This document shows, in pieces, positions 25,554 through 32,000 of a stretch of 32,000 bases of DNA. Every line of letters begins with the position of its first letter. Within the stretch, counting starts at the first letter, position 1. A program made the translations under genes and the position numbers. This DNA comes from Desulfocapsa sulfexigens DSM 10523 (GTDB lineage Bacteria; Desulfobacterota; Desulfobulbia; Desulfobulbales; Desulfocapsaceae), in contig NC_020304.1 of the NCBI RefSeq assembly GCF_000341395.1, forward strand, positions 1,440,001 through 1,472,000, read 5' to 3'. The notes under the pieces were generated by a model. The model was not told the DNA's origin. It saw nothing but the letters and a program-made list of their open reading frames with translations, and did not search any database.

Positions 25554-26773
25554 CAATGAGTAAAAAAAGTATCTTGTTCGTAGACGATGAACCCAATATC
25601 CTTTCGGGCTTAAAGCGGATGCTGCGGTCGATGCGGAATGATTTTGATTTGTGTTTTGCGGAAAATGGTACTGAAGCACTTGAGATTATGGAGAACGCTG
25701 AATTTGATGTGGTGGTCTCAGATATGCGCATGCCGGGTATGAATGGTGCTCAGTTCCTTTCAAAGATCCAGGAAATTCATCCCTATTCCATTCGTATTAT
25801 GCTTACCGGACAGGCCGATGAAGAGTCGGTTATGCAGGCGGTTGGTGTTGTCCATCAATTTCTTGCCAAACCATGTGAGCCCGAACATCTGAAGGCCGTC
25901 TTGTTGCGAGCAAGCAGTTTGCACGAGCTCATCTCCCATGCCTCAGTAAGAAAGGTCGTCTCGCGGCTTGGCACTTTACCGAGTGTTCCCGAGGTCTATG
26001 AAAAACTGCGCAGAGCCATGGCAGACCCAGAGATTTCTGTTGCAGACGTTGCGGCAATAATAGAAGAGGATATGGCCATGAGTGCCAAAGTCCTGCAGCT
26101 GGTGAACTCCGCATTTTTCGGTCTCTTTCAGAAGGTGGAAAGTCCTGCCCGAGCGGTGAATCTTCTGGGATTGGAGACAGTAAAAAATCTTGTTCTGGGC
26201 GTTGGAGCATTTTCTGAGATACATGCTACTTCTAAGATTTTTTCAATAAAAAAACTCTGGACACACAGTATGGTCGTGGGAACTCTGGCGAAGAAGATTG
26301 CTCTCAGTGAGTCCGATGATAAGGAGCTTATTGATAATAGTTTTATAGCTGGCCTGCTTCATGATATTGGTAAGCTGGTATTGCTTGCCCAGTTGCTTGA
26401 AAAATATGAAAAGGCTATTTTCCTTGCCGGTGAGAAAAACATTCAACTGCGCATGGCTGAAAAGGAGATATTTGATACGGTACACGGAGATATCGGGGCA
26501 TATCTGATGGGATTGTGGGGAATGCCGGGGCCGGTGGTGGAGGCCATCGGATTCCATCACCGTATAGATGATTATCCGGGGAGTGGCTTCAGCCCGGCCA
26601 TTGCTGTCCATGTGGCTAATGTATTATACTACGAGAATAGACCGGATGAAGTTGTTGGCGTACCCCATACAATGAATACAGTTCATTTGCAATCTCTTGG
26701 ATTTGGTGACAAAATCAATCAGTGGCGTGAATTGGGTACTGAATTCTTCGAACAGGATAGCAATGATGACTGA
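25550..26773 (+). CDS. Response regulator REC-HDOD
   Basis: The receiver has ILFVDDEPNIL...VVVSDMRMPGM...KP. The HDOD region has LPSVPEVYEKL...AKVLQLVNSAFFG...AGLLHDIGKLVLL...HGDIGAYLMGLWGMP. The ATG at 25550 overlaps the upstream TGA (ATGA). The ATG at 25556 is an alternative start. Confidence 0.85.
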   Translation: MTMSKKSILFVDDEPNILSGLKRMLRSMRNDFDLCFAENGTEALEIMENAEFDVVVSDMRMPGMNGAQFLSKIQEIHPYSIRIMLTGQADEESVMQAVGVVHQFLAKPCEPEHLKAVLLRASSLHELISHASVRKVVSRLGTLPSVPEVYEKLRRAMADPEISVADVAAIIEEDMAMSAKVLQLVNSAFFGLFQKVESPARAVNLLGLETVKNLVLGVGAFSEIHATSKIFSIKKLWTHSMVVGTLAKKIALSESDDKELIDNSFIAGLLHDIGKLVLLAQLLEKYEKAIFLAGEKNIQLRMAEKEIFDTVHGDIGAYLMGLWGMPGPVVEAIGFHHRIDDYPGSGFSPAIAVHVANVLYYENRPDEVVGVPHTMNTVHLQSLGFGDKINQWRELGTEFFEQDSNDD

Positions 26774-27905
26774 AAAAATTTTACTGGTAGATGACGAACT
26801 CAACATATTGCAGTCCATGCAGCGGCAGTTGCGAAAACGTTTTGAGATCATGATTGCGGAGAGTGGAGATGAGGCCCTGGCGACTTTGCAAAATAAGGGG
26901 CCTTTTGCCGTGATTGTTTCGGATATGCGGATGCCTGGTATGGATGGGATACAGCTACTCACTAGAGTGAAGGACAGCTACCCTGACACCGTGCGCATAA
27001 TGCTCACGGGAAATGCTGATCAGGAAACTGCATCAGAGGCAGTGAATGCAGGTCAGATCTTTCGATTCCTGACCAAACCCTGTTCCACGGCGGTATTGGC
27101 GACTTCTCTTGCCCTGGCAGTGAGGCAGTATAATCTGCTCACCGCCGAAAAAGAACTCCTCAACAAAACCGTGAAGGGGAGTATCACGGTAATGGCCGAA
27201 TTGTTGAGTCTGGCTAATGCCACCGCTTTCAGCAGTGGTTACAGAATCAAACCCATGGTGACCGAGATTGCAAAAGAGCTTCAGTTACCAAGTCCCTGGC
27301 AGTATGAAGTGGCGGCACTGATGTCACAGATAGGCTGTATCACATTGCCCAGTGATGTTTTACATAAATTGCAAGCTGGTTTTCCTCTTACAGCTGAAGA
27401 ACGGCATATGTATGAGAATCATCCCAAGGTTGGCAGTAAGCTTATCCGCAAGATTCCTCGTCTGGAAAAAGTAGCGGAAATGATAGCAAATCAGCTGCAT
27501 TCTTTTGAGCACAATGAGGAGGAATCTCTGGATGAGGAGATAGTCATTGGCGCTGAAATTCTCAGAGCGACCATAGACTATGACCTTCTGCGTCAGCAGG
27601 ATATTGCACACCATCAGGCTATTGGAAAGATGCGCAAACAAGAGGAAAAGTATAACCCTGAAGTATTGGCCATACTTGGAAAACATGAACCAGAAGATGT
27701 CCACACGGCAATCAGAAATCTCTGTTTTAAAGACGTTATCCCCGGCATGATTGCAGTGGAAGATGTGTTTGCCAAGAATGGTGCCATGCTTATTTCAAAG
27801 GGACAGACGATTACCTGGCCTGTTATTCAGAGTCTTACTAATTTTGAAAAACAGATTGGCATTGTTGAGCCTATCCGGGTGCGTACTGCTGCTCTTGAAG
27901 AGTAA
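26763..27905 (+). CDS. Response regulator REC + degenerate HD-GYP-like domain
   Basis: The receiver has ILLVDDELNIL...VIVSDMRMPGM...KP. The C-terminal domain aligns by eye to HD-GYP but has SQ in place of HD (AALMSQIGCITLP, 27324..27329) and ANQLHSFEH in place of HHERxDGxGYP. The start overlaps the previous gene by about 8-11 nt. Confidence 0.7.
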   Translation: MMTEKILLVDDELNILQSMQRQLRKRFEIMIAESGDEALATLQNKGPFAVIVSDMRMPGMDGIQLLTRVKDSYPDTVRIMLTGNADQETASEAVNAGQIFRFLTKPCSTAVLATSLALAVRQYNLLTAEKELLNKTVKGSITVMAELLSLANATAFSSGYRIKPMVTEIAKELQLPSPWQYEVAALMSQIGCITLPSDVLHKLQAGFPLTAEERHMYENHPKVGSKLIRKIPRLEKVAEMIANQLHSFEHNEEESLDEEIVIGAEILRATIDYDLLRQQDIAHHQAIGKMRKQEEKYNPEVLAILGKHEPEDVHTAIRNLCFKDVIPGMIAVEDVFAKNGAMLISKGQTITWPVIQSLTNFEKQIGIVEPIRVRTAALEE

Positions 27906-27922
27906 ACTGAGAGCAGACTGCG

Positions 27923-28534
27923 TTATTTAAGGGTGAGCAGTCGTGTGTAATCTTTTGGACTGTCGATATCAAAAACAACTCCATGGTCTTGTACTTCTAC
28001 GAGCTTCAGGTTTGCAGCGGGGTCTCTAAGGTGTTTCCGTGGTCCAGTATCACCGGTAAGAGCAAAAATTCTATCAAACCAGGCCACTGGAGTGATTACA
28101 GGGTTGCCACGCTGTCCCTGCCAGGATGGGGCTATCCAGCGTTCGGGTTCCCTGTGAAATACGGCGATCAGTCTTTCAATGGTGTTGGTACGCAGTAACG
28201 GTTGATCACCAAGGAGGAACATGGCACCGTTGCAGGGGGCGTCGAGTGCTCTGAGGCCGGTTTGCAGGGAGGAGCCGTAGCCACTCTGTGGATCAGGGGT
28301 TTCGACGACCAGTGCAGATCGCGTGTCAACGGCTCTACGAATCGCAGTGCTCTCTGGCCCGAGTACCAGAATAAGGGGAGACAGGGGGGAAAAATGGGCC
28401 GCATCAATAGCATGCTGGAGTATGGGTTTGCCGCCAAAGGGCAGCAGCAGTTTATTTCTCCCCATGCGTTGACTGTTTCCGGCGGCAAGGAGTATCCCCG
28501 GAAGAGGAGGTGCTGGTGTCATTGCAGCAGCCAT
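27923..28534 (-). CDS. MobA-like NTP transferase, MocA/YgfJ family (molybdenum cofactor cytidylyltransferase / Mo-hydroxylase accessory)
   Basis: Contains GILLAAGNSQRMGRNKLLLPF...LGDQP...FDIDSPKDY, the MobA/MocA signature order. Its start is 1 nt after the yheO-like stop (TGAAATG). Confidence 0.7.
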   Translation of the reverse strand: MAAAMTPAPPLPGILLAAGNSQRMGRNKLLLPFGGKPILQHAIDAAHFSPLSPLILVLGPESTAIRRAVDTRSALVVETPDPQSGYGSSLQTGLRALDAPCNGAMFLLGDQPLLRTNTIERLIAVFHREPERWIAPSWQGQRGNPVITPVAWFDRIFALTGDTGPRKHLRDPAANLKLVEVQDHGVVFDIDSPKDYTRLLTLK

Positions 28535-28535
28535 T

Positions 28536-29180
28536 TCACTCGATTTTTTTTAGATAGTTGTAAACAGTGCATTTGGTCACATCCATAAGCCTGGCAACTT
28601 CTTCAACGGCACCCTTGAACTGGAAGACACCGTTTTCCTTCATCTTTTGGATGAAGAGGGTCTTTTCGTCGATGGACATTGCTCCCGGCTGAGTGCCGAT
28701 ATCGTCAACTGCCTGACCGAAAAGGGTGCGTACGGTGTCAACGGCTGAGTTGGCAAAGGTTTCCTTGCTTGGGTATATTCCTGTATCGAGATCATGGATA
28801 AAGGGCAGCAGGGATTGGATGGCATTGAAGTAGGAAGTGGTGTCCAGGTTGATACAAAGGGCGGCGACTGCCTTGCCTTTACTGTTCTTAATAAGGGTTG
28901 CAGAGGATTTTAGACATCTGCCATCTGCTGTAACTGATTTGTAGTTATGTTTATGGTCACCTTCCTCTGAGCTCTGTTGCAGAAGCTTGACCAAAAGATT
29001 GGTAGCTGGGGCACCAGGACTTCTTCCAGTAACATCTCCTTTTATATAGACCAGAGATTTCTGAAGATCAGCCATGTTGTGTATGGTCACTTCACAGTTG
29101 GGTCCAAAAAGGGTCTGGATTGCATCTGCAGTTGCTCTGAGATTTTTGAAAATTTGTTCGTTTTCTGTCATTTTGCCCAT
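28536..29180 (-). CDS. YheO-like transcriptional regulator (PAS-like sensor + C-terminal HTH)
   Basis: The N-terminus LFGPNCEVTIHNM matches the YheO-type CEVVLHD motif. The C-terminal KGAVEEVARLMDVTKCTVYNYLKK is an HTH. Confidence 0.7.
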   Translation of the reverse strand: MGKMTENEQIFKNLRATADAIQTLFGPNCEVTIHNMADLQKSLVYIKGDVTGRSPGAPATNLLVKLLQQSSEEGDHKHNYKSVTADGRCLKSSATLIKNSKGKAVAALCINLDTTSYFNAIQSLLPFIHDLDTGIYPSKETFANSAVDTVRTLFGQAVDDIGTQPGAMSIDEKTLFIQKMKENGVFQFKGAVEEVARLMDVTKCTVYNYLKKIE

Positions 29181-29189
29181 GGTCTGGCC

Positions 29190-30428
29190 TTACCTTTTTC
29201 TACGATTTTCTTCACTGTCACTGTACTTTCCATACCACACCGCATCCCGAAACGCACGGGGGGAGGTGTTGCCCTCGGTGCTGACCAGAAGGACAACGGA
29301 GTTGTGGTCAAGTTCAAGTTGCTGGCGCAGTTGAGCAGCATTGCCCCCTTCAGACTCCATCAAAAGATGTACAAGGCCGGTGGTGACGGCTCCAGATTCC
29401 CCCGAGATAATAACCTCATCTCCCTTAAGGGGGGTTGCCAGAATCCGCATTCCTGTTGCGGCCAGGGAATCCGGACAGGAAACAAAGGCTGTGGCGTAAT
29501 CACGCAGCAATTCCCAGCTGATGGTGTTGGGTTCACCGCAGGCAAGACCTGCCATCAGGGTGCCAAGGTCACCGCTAACCGCATGGGCTTTGCCGTCTCC
29601 AACTCTTGCCGAGTGATAAATGCAGTTTGCCTTTTCTGGCTCAACGATGGTGACTTTTGGCATCTTTTCACCAAGACTTGAGGCGAGGAAACCAAGTACT
29701 CCTCCTGCAAAGGAACCAACTCCTGCCTGGAGAAAGACATGGGTAGGGGCTGCGACATTCTGTTCTCTCAGCTGCTCCATGGCCTCGACGGCCAAAGTCG
29801 CATAGCCCTGCATAATCCATGTCGGGATCTCTTCGTAACCCTTCCAGGCGGTATCCTGGACAATCACCCAGCCATTTTCCTCTGCCTTCTGTTTGGAGAA
29901 CCGGACGGCATCATCATAGGTGAGATCGGTAATGGAAGCCTCTGCGCCAAGTTCCACAATATTCCTGAGCCGAATTGGATCAGATCCTCTGGGCATGTAG
30001 ATAACAGCCTTTTGATGGAGTTGCCTGGCAGTCCAGGCCACGGCACGGCCATGGTTACCGTCAGTTGCCGTGGTAAAGGTTATGTCTCCAAGTTGCTTGC
30101 GGACCGTGTCGGAACACAGCTCGCGGCAGGAGATATCCGAGATGTCTCTGCCGAGTTTCCTGACCAGATAACGGCTGATTGCATAGGATGCTCCGAGTAC
30201 CTTAAAGGCATTGAGACCAAAACGGGAGGATTCGTCTTTAACAAAAAGTTTACCGAGCCTCAGGTAGTCAGCAAGTTGTGGTAGCTGAACCAGACCGCTT
30301 GGCTGGTATTCCTCAAAACCCTGGTGATAGGCACGAGCTCTTTCAGCTTCAAAAGAATTGAGGAGGTCGAGGGATACTCCCTGCCCGGGACGTTTACGGT
30401 TTTTATTGAAAACGTAGTCTATGGGCAT
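29190..30428 (-). CDS. dpaL: Diaminopropionate ammonia-lyase (PLP-dependent, YgeX type)
   Basis: Contains DESSRFGLNAFKVLGASYAI (the PLP-Lys motif of YgeX/DpaL) and TATDGNHGRAVAW. It is 412 aa. AAGGAGAA lies upstream of the ATG. Confidence 0.85.
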   Translation of the reverse strand: MPIDYVFNKNRKRPGQGVSLDLLNSFEAERARAYHQGFEEYQPSGLVQLPQLADYLRLGKLFVKDESSRFGLNAFKVLGASYAISRYLVRKLGRDISDISCRELCSDTVRKQLGDITFTTATDGNHGRAVAWTARQLHQKAVIYMPRGSDPIRLRNIVELGAEASITDLTYDDAVRFSKQKAEENGWVIVQDTAWKGYEEIPTWIMQGYATLAVEAMEQLREQNVAAPTHVFLQAGVGSFAGGVLGFLASSLGEKMPKVTIVEPEKANCIYHSARVGDGKAHAVSGDLGTLMAGLACGEPNTISWELLRDYATAFVSCPDSLAATGMRILATPLKGDEVIISGESGAVTTGLVHLLMESEGGNAAQLRQQLELDHNSVVLLVSTEGNTSPRAFRDAVWYGKYSDSEENRRKR

Positions 30429-30440
30429 TACTTCTCCTTT

Positions 30441-30818
30441 CTATGCGGCAGCGATTGCATCGATCTCAACCTTTGCCCCGAGCGGCAGGGCGGCGACCTG
30501 TACGGTGGCGCGGGCCGGATAGTCTCCTGTGAAAAAGCTGGCATACACTTCATTAACTGTGGCAAAGTCACCAAGATCGGTGACGAAGATACCACAACGA
30601 ATAATCTTCTCCATTGAGGAACCAGCTTCTTTGAGGATTGCTTTAATGTTTTCCATGCTCTGTCTGGTTTGGGCCTTGACATCGTCGTCCATCTTCTTGG
30701 TTTCCGGATGTAATGGTATTTGGCCCGACACATAGATGGTGTCGCCATACTGTACTGCCTGGGAGTAAGGGCCAATTGCAGCTGGGGCATTTTCGGTTGC
30801 GATGATTTTTTTGGACAT
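30441..30818 (-). CDS. ridA: RidA/YjgF-family reactive enamine/imine deaminase (125 aa)
   Basis: The start is set at the ATG at 30818: MSKKIIATENAPAAIGPYSQAV...GQIP...ARATVQVAALPLGAKVEIDAIA. AAGGAGA lies upstream. The 40-codon N-terminal extension in the track has no support. Confidence 0.9.
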   Translation of the reverse strand: MSKKIIATENAPAAIGPYSQAVQYGDTIYVSGQIPLHPETKKMDDDVKAQTRQSMENIKAILKEAGSSMEKIIRCGIFVTDLGDFATVNEVYASFFTGDYPARATVQVAALPLGAKVEIDAIAAA

Positions 30819-30905
30819 ACTCAGGTCTCCTTGTGGTGGGTAGGTTACCGGTGTCACTTTGCTGTGTGAATGTGACCGGACAGGATTATATGAAAAACAC
30901 TCTAT

Positions 30906-30934
30906 TTTATAATTTTTTAAAATTCCCCTGACAA
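30906..30934 (-). promoter_or_regulatory. Candidate sigma-70 promoter for ridA-dpaL-yheO-ygfJ
   Basis: The minus strand has TTGTCA (30929..30934), a 17-nt spacer and TATAAA (30906..30911), about 80 nt upstream of the ridA ATG. Confidence 0.35.
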
Positions 30935-31074
30935 GCAAAAAATGGTTGGAGTGAAGTTTTCTGGTCGGAGTTCTGGTTTGTTTGAGTTTGTTAACTAAAT
31001 GTAATCTCGAAATTGTAACGGTTTTATGCTTCTGTGTAGGGGAGCGTTGGTCGGGGGGATGTTTTAAAAGAAAG

Positions 31075-31103
31075 TTGACACAAAACTATACATTTTGTAA
31101 AAA
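31075..31103 (+). promoter_or_regulatory. Candidate sigma-70 promoter for ygeY
   Basis: TTGACA (31075..31080), a 17-nt spacer and TAAAAA (31098..31103) preceded by TG. This implies a leader of about 100 nt. Confidence 0.35.
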
Positions 31104-31211
31104 TATTGGATGGTGAATAGTTTTGAAAATTATTTGCACGGCTCCTTCGTATCACCCTGATTAGTGTTTGATGTGGAGGAGAACTCACACAAATAGAGAG
31201 TAAAAAAACAC

Positions 31212-32000
31212 ATGACAACACTTGATTTTGATAAAATAAATGAGCTTGCAAAGCGCTATGAACCGGAGATGACACGATTCCTCCGGGATATGGTTGCCAT
31301 TCCCAGTGAGAGCTGTAATGAAGAGAAGGTTGTTCTTCGTATCAAAGAGGAGATGGAAAAGGTTGGTTTTGATAAGGTTGAAATCGATCCCATGGGAAAT
31401 GTTCTTGGCTTTATTGGTTCCGGGCCACGTCTTATCGCTTTCGATGCCCATGTTGATACCGTTGGGGTTGGTGTTGCCGGAAACTGGAAATTTGATCCCT
31501 ATGAAGGCTATGAAGATGATGAGTGCATAGGTGGCAGGGGGACTTCGGACCAGGAGGGGGGCATGGCCTCCATGGTCTATGGTGGGAAAATCATCAAAGA
31601 TCTGGGCCTTGGGGATGATTATACCGTGGTTATGGTGGGTACAGTCCAGGAAGAGGACTGTGATGGTCTCTGCTGGCAGTATCTTATTAAAGAACGTGGT
31701 TTGAAACCGGAGTTTGTGGTCTCCACCGAACCCACCGATGGCGGTATTTATCGTGGCCAGCGTGGTCGTATGGAGATTCGGGTCGATGTGGAGGGGATCT
31801 CCTCTCATGGTTCCGCTCCCGAACGAGGCGACAATGCAATTTTTAAGATGGCAAAGATACTGGGTGAGTTGGAACTACTGCACACCAGGCTGGCAGATGA
31901 TACCTTTCTTGGGAAAGGATCACTCACCGTTTCCCAGATATTCTACACCTCTCCCTCACGTTGTGCCGTGGCCGATGGTTGTGCTGTCTCCATTGACAGG
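31212..32000 (+). CDS. ygeY: YgeY-family M20 peptidase/deacylase (selenium-metabolism-linked hydrolase); partial, runs off the right edge
   Basis: Absent from the ORF track because it is open-ended. I translated 263 codons by hand with no stop: [69 protein letters not shown]...[26 protein letters not shown]...[17 protein letters not shown]...[34 protein letters not shown]...[17 protein letters not shown]. These blocks match E. coli YgeY very closely as I remember it. The track ORF 31185..31808 (-) is its antisense shadow. Confidence 0.85.
   Translation, partial: MTTLDFDKINELAKRYEPEMTRFLRDMVAIPSESCNEEKVVLRIKEEMEKVGFDKVEIDPMGNVLGFIGSGPRLIAFDAHVDTVGVGVAGNWKFDPYEGYEDDECIGGRGTSDQEGGMASMVYGGKIIKDLGLGDDYTVVMVGTVQEEDCDGLCWQYLIKERGLKPEFVVSTEPTDGGIYRGQRGRMEIRVDVEGISSHGSAPERGDNAIFKMAKILGELELLHTRLADDTFLGKGSLTVSQIFYTSPSRCAVADGCAVSIDR

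Noticed and set aside
31120-31145. Possible sigma-54 promoter for ygeY (TTGAAAATTATTTGCA), since E. coli ygeV is a sigma-54 activator
   Set aside because: The -24 GG dinucleotide is missing (TTGAAA instead of TGGCAC), and only the TTGCA half matches.
1-32000. Mobile elements, prophage, CRISPR arrays, toxin-antitoxin or known defence systems
   Set aside because: No transposase, integrase or recombinase motifs are present. There are no terminal inverted repeats flanking genes and no regularly spaced direct repeats. Every large ORF is accounted for by metabolic or signalling families.

Overview
This window is chromosomal DNA from an anaerobe. The gene content suggests a sulfate-reducer or Desulfobacterota-like organism, but that is only a guess. 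Hand counts give about 47-50% G+C. Coding is dense and I can name nearly every gene. From left to right: (1) A ZraS-like kinase fragment and a ZraP/Spy-like periplasmic Met/Gly-rich protein with a sigma-54 promoter. (2) A minus-strand formate dehydrogenase operon in the order poly-ferredoxin, TorD-like chaperone, 62-aa Tat-signal mini-protein, FdhA, FdhB, FdhC. FdhA is a selenoprotein: the ORF track splits it at an in-frame UGA. (3) Directly upstream on the same strand, an operon encoding an orphan periplasmic binding protein, a Cache/GAF HisKA_3 kinase, a NarL-type regulator and a PilZ protein. (4) A GAF-PAS hybrid kinase. (5) A cooA-cooS carbon monoxide module with a TGTCA-N6-TGACA box at class II spacing. 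(6) fdhD. (7) A cobalamin riboswitch with its own promoter and terminator, driving a signal-peptide-bearing CbiK plus CbiL. (8) Four consecutive receiver-domain genes (REC-HK-REC, REC-PAS-HK, REC-HDOD, REC-degenerate HD-GYP), none with a DNA-binding output. (9) A ridA-dpaL-yheO-like-ygfJ-like operon divergent from ygeY, the neighbourhood known from selenium-dependent molybdenum hydroxylase loci. I found no rRNA, tRNA, CRISPR array, transposase, integrase or recognisable defence gene. The least-explained items are the receiver-only signalling cluster with two apparently non-catalytic HD-superfamily outputs, the binding-protein/kinase/regulator/PilZ operon abutting the FDH operon, and the uncharacterised poly-ferredoxin coupled to the FDH chaperone. 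All family assignments come from motif recognition by eye, not from searches.
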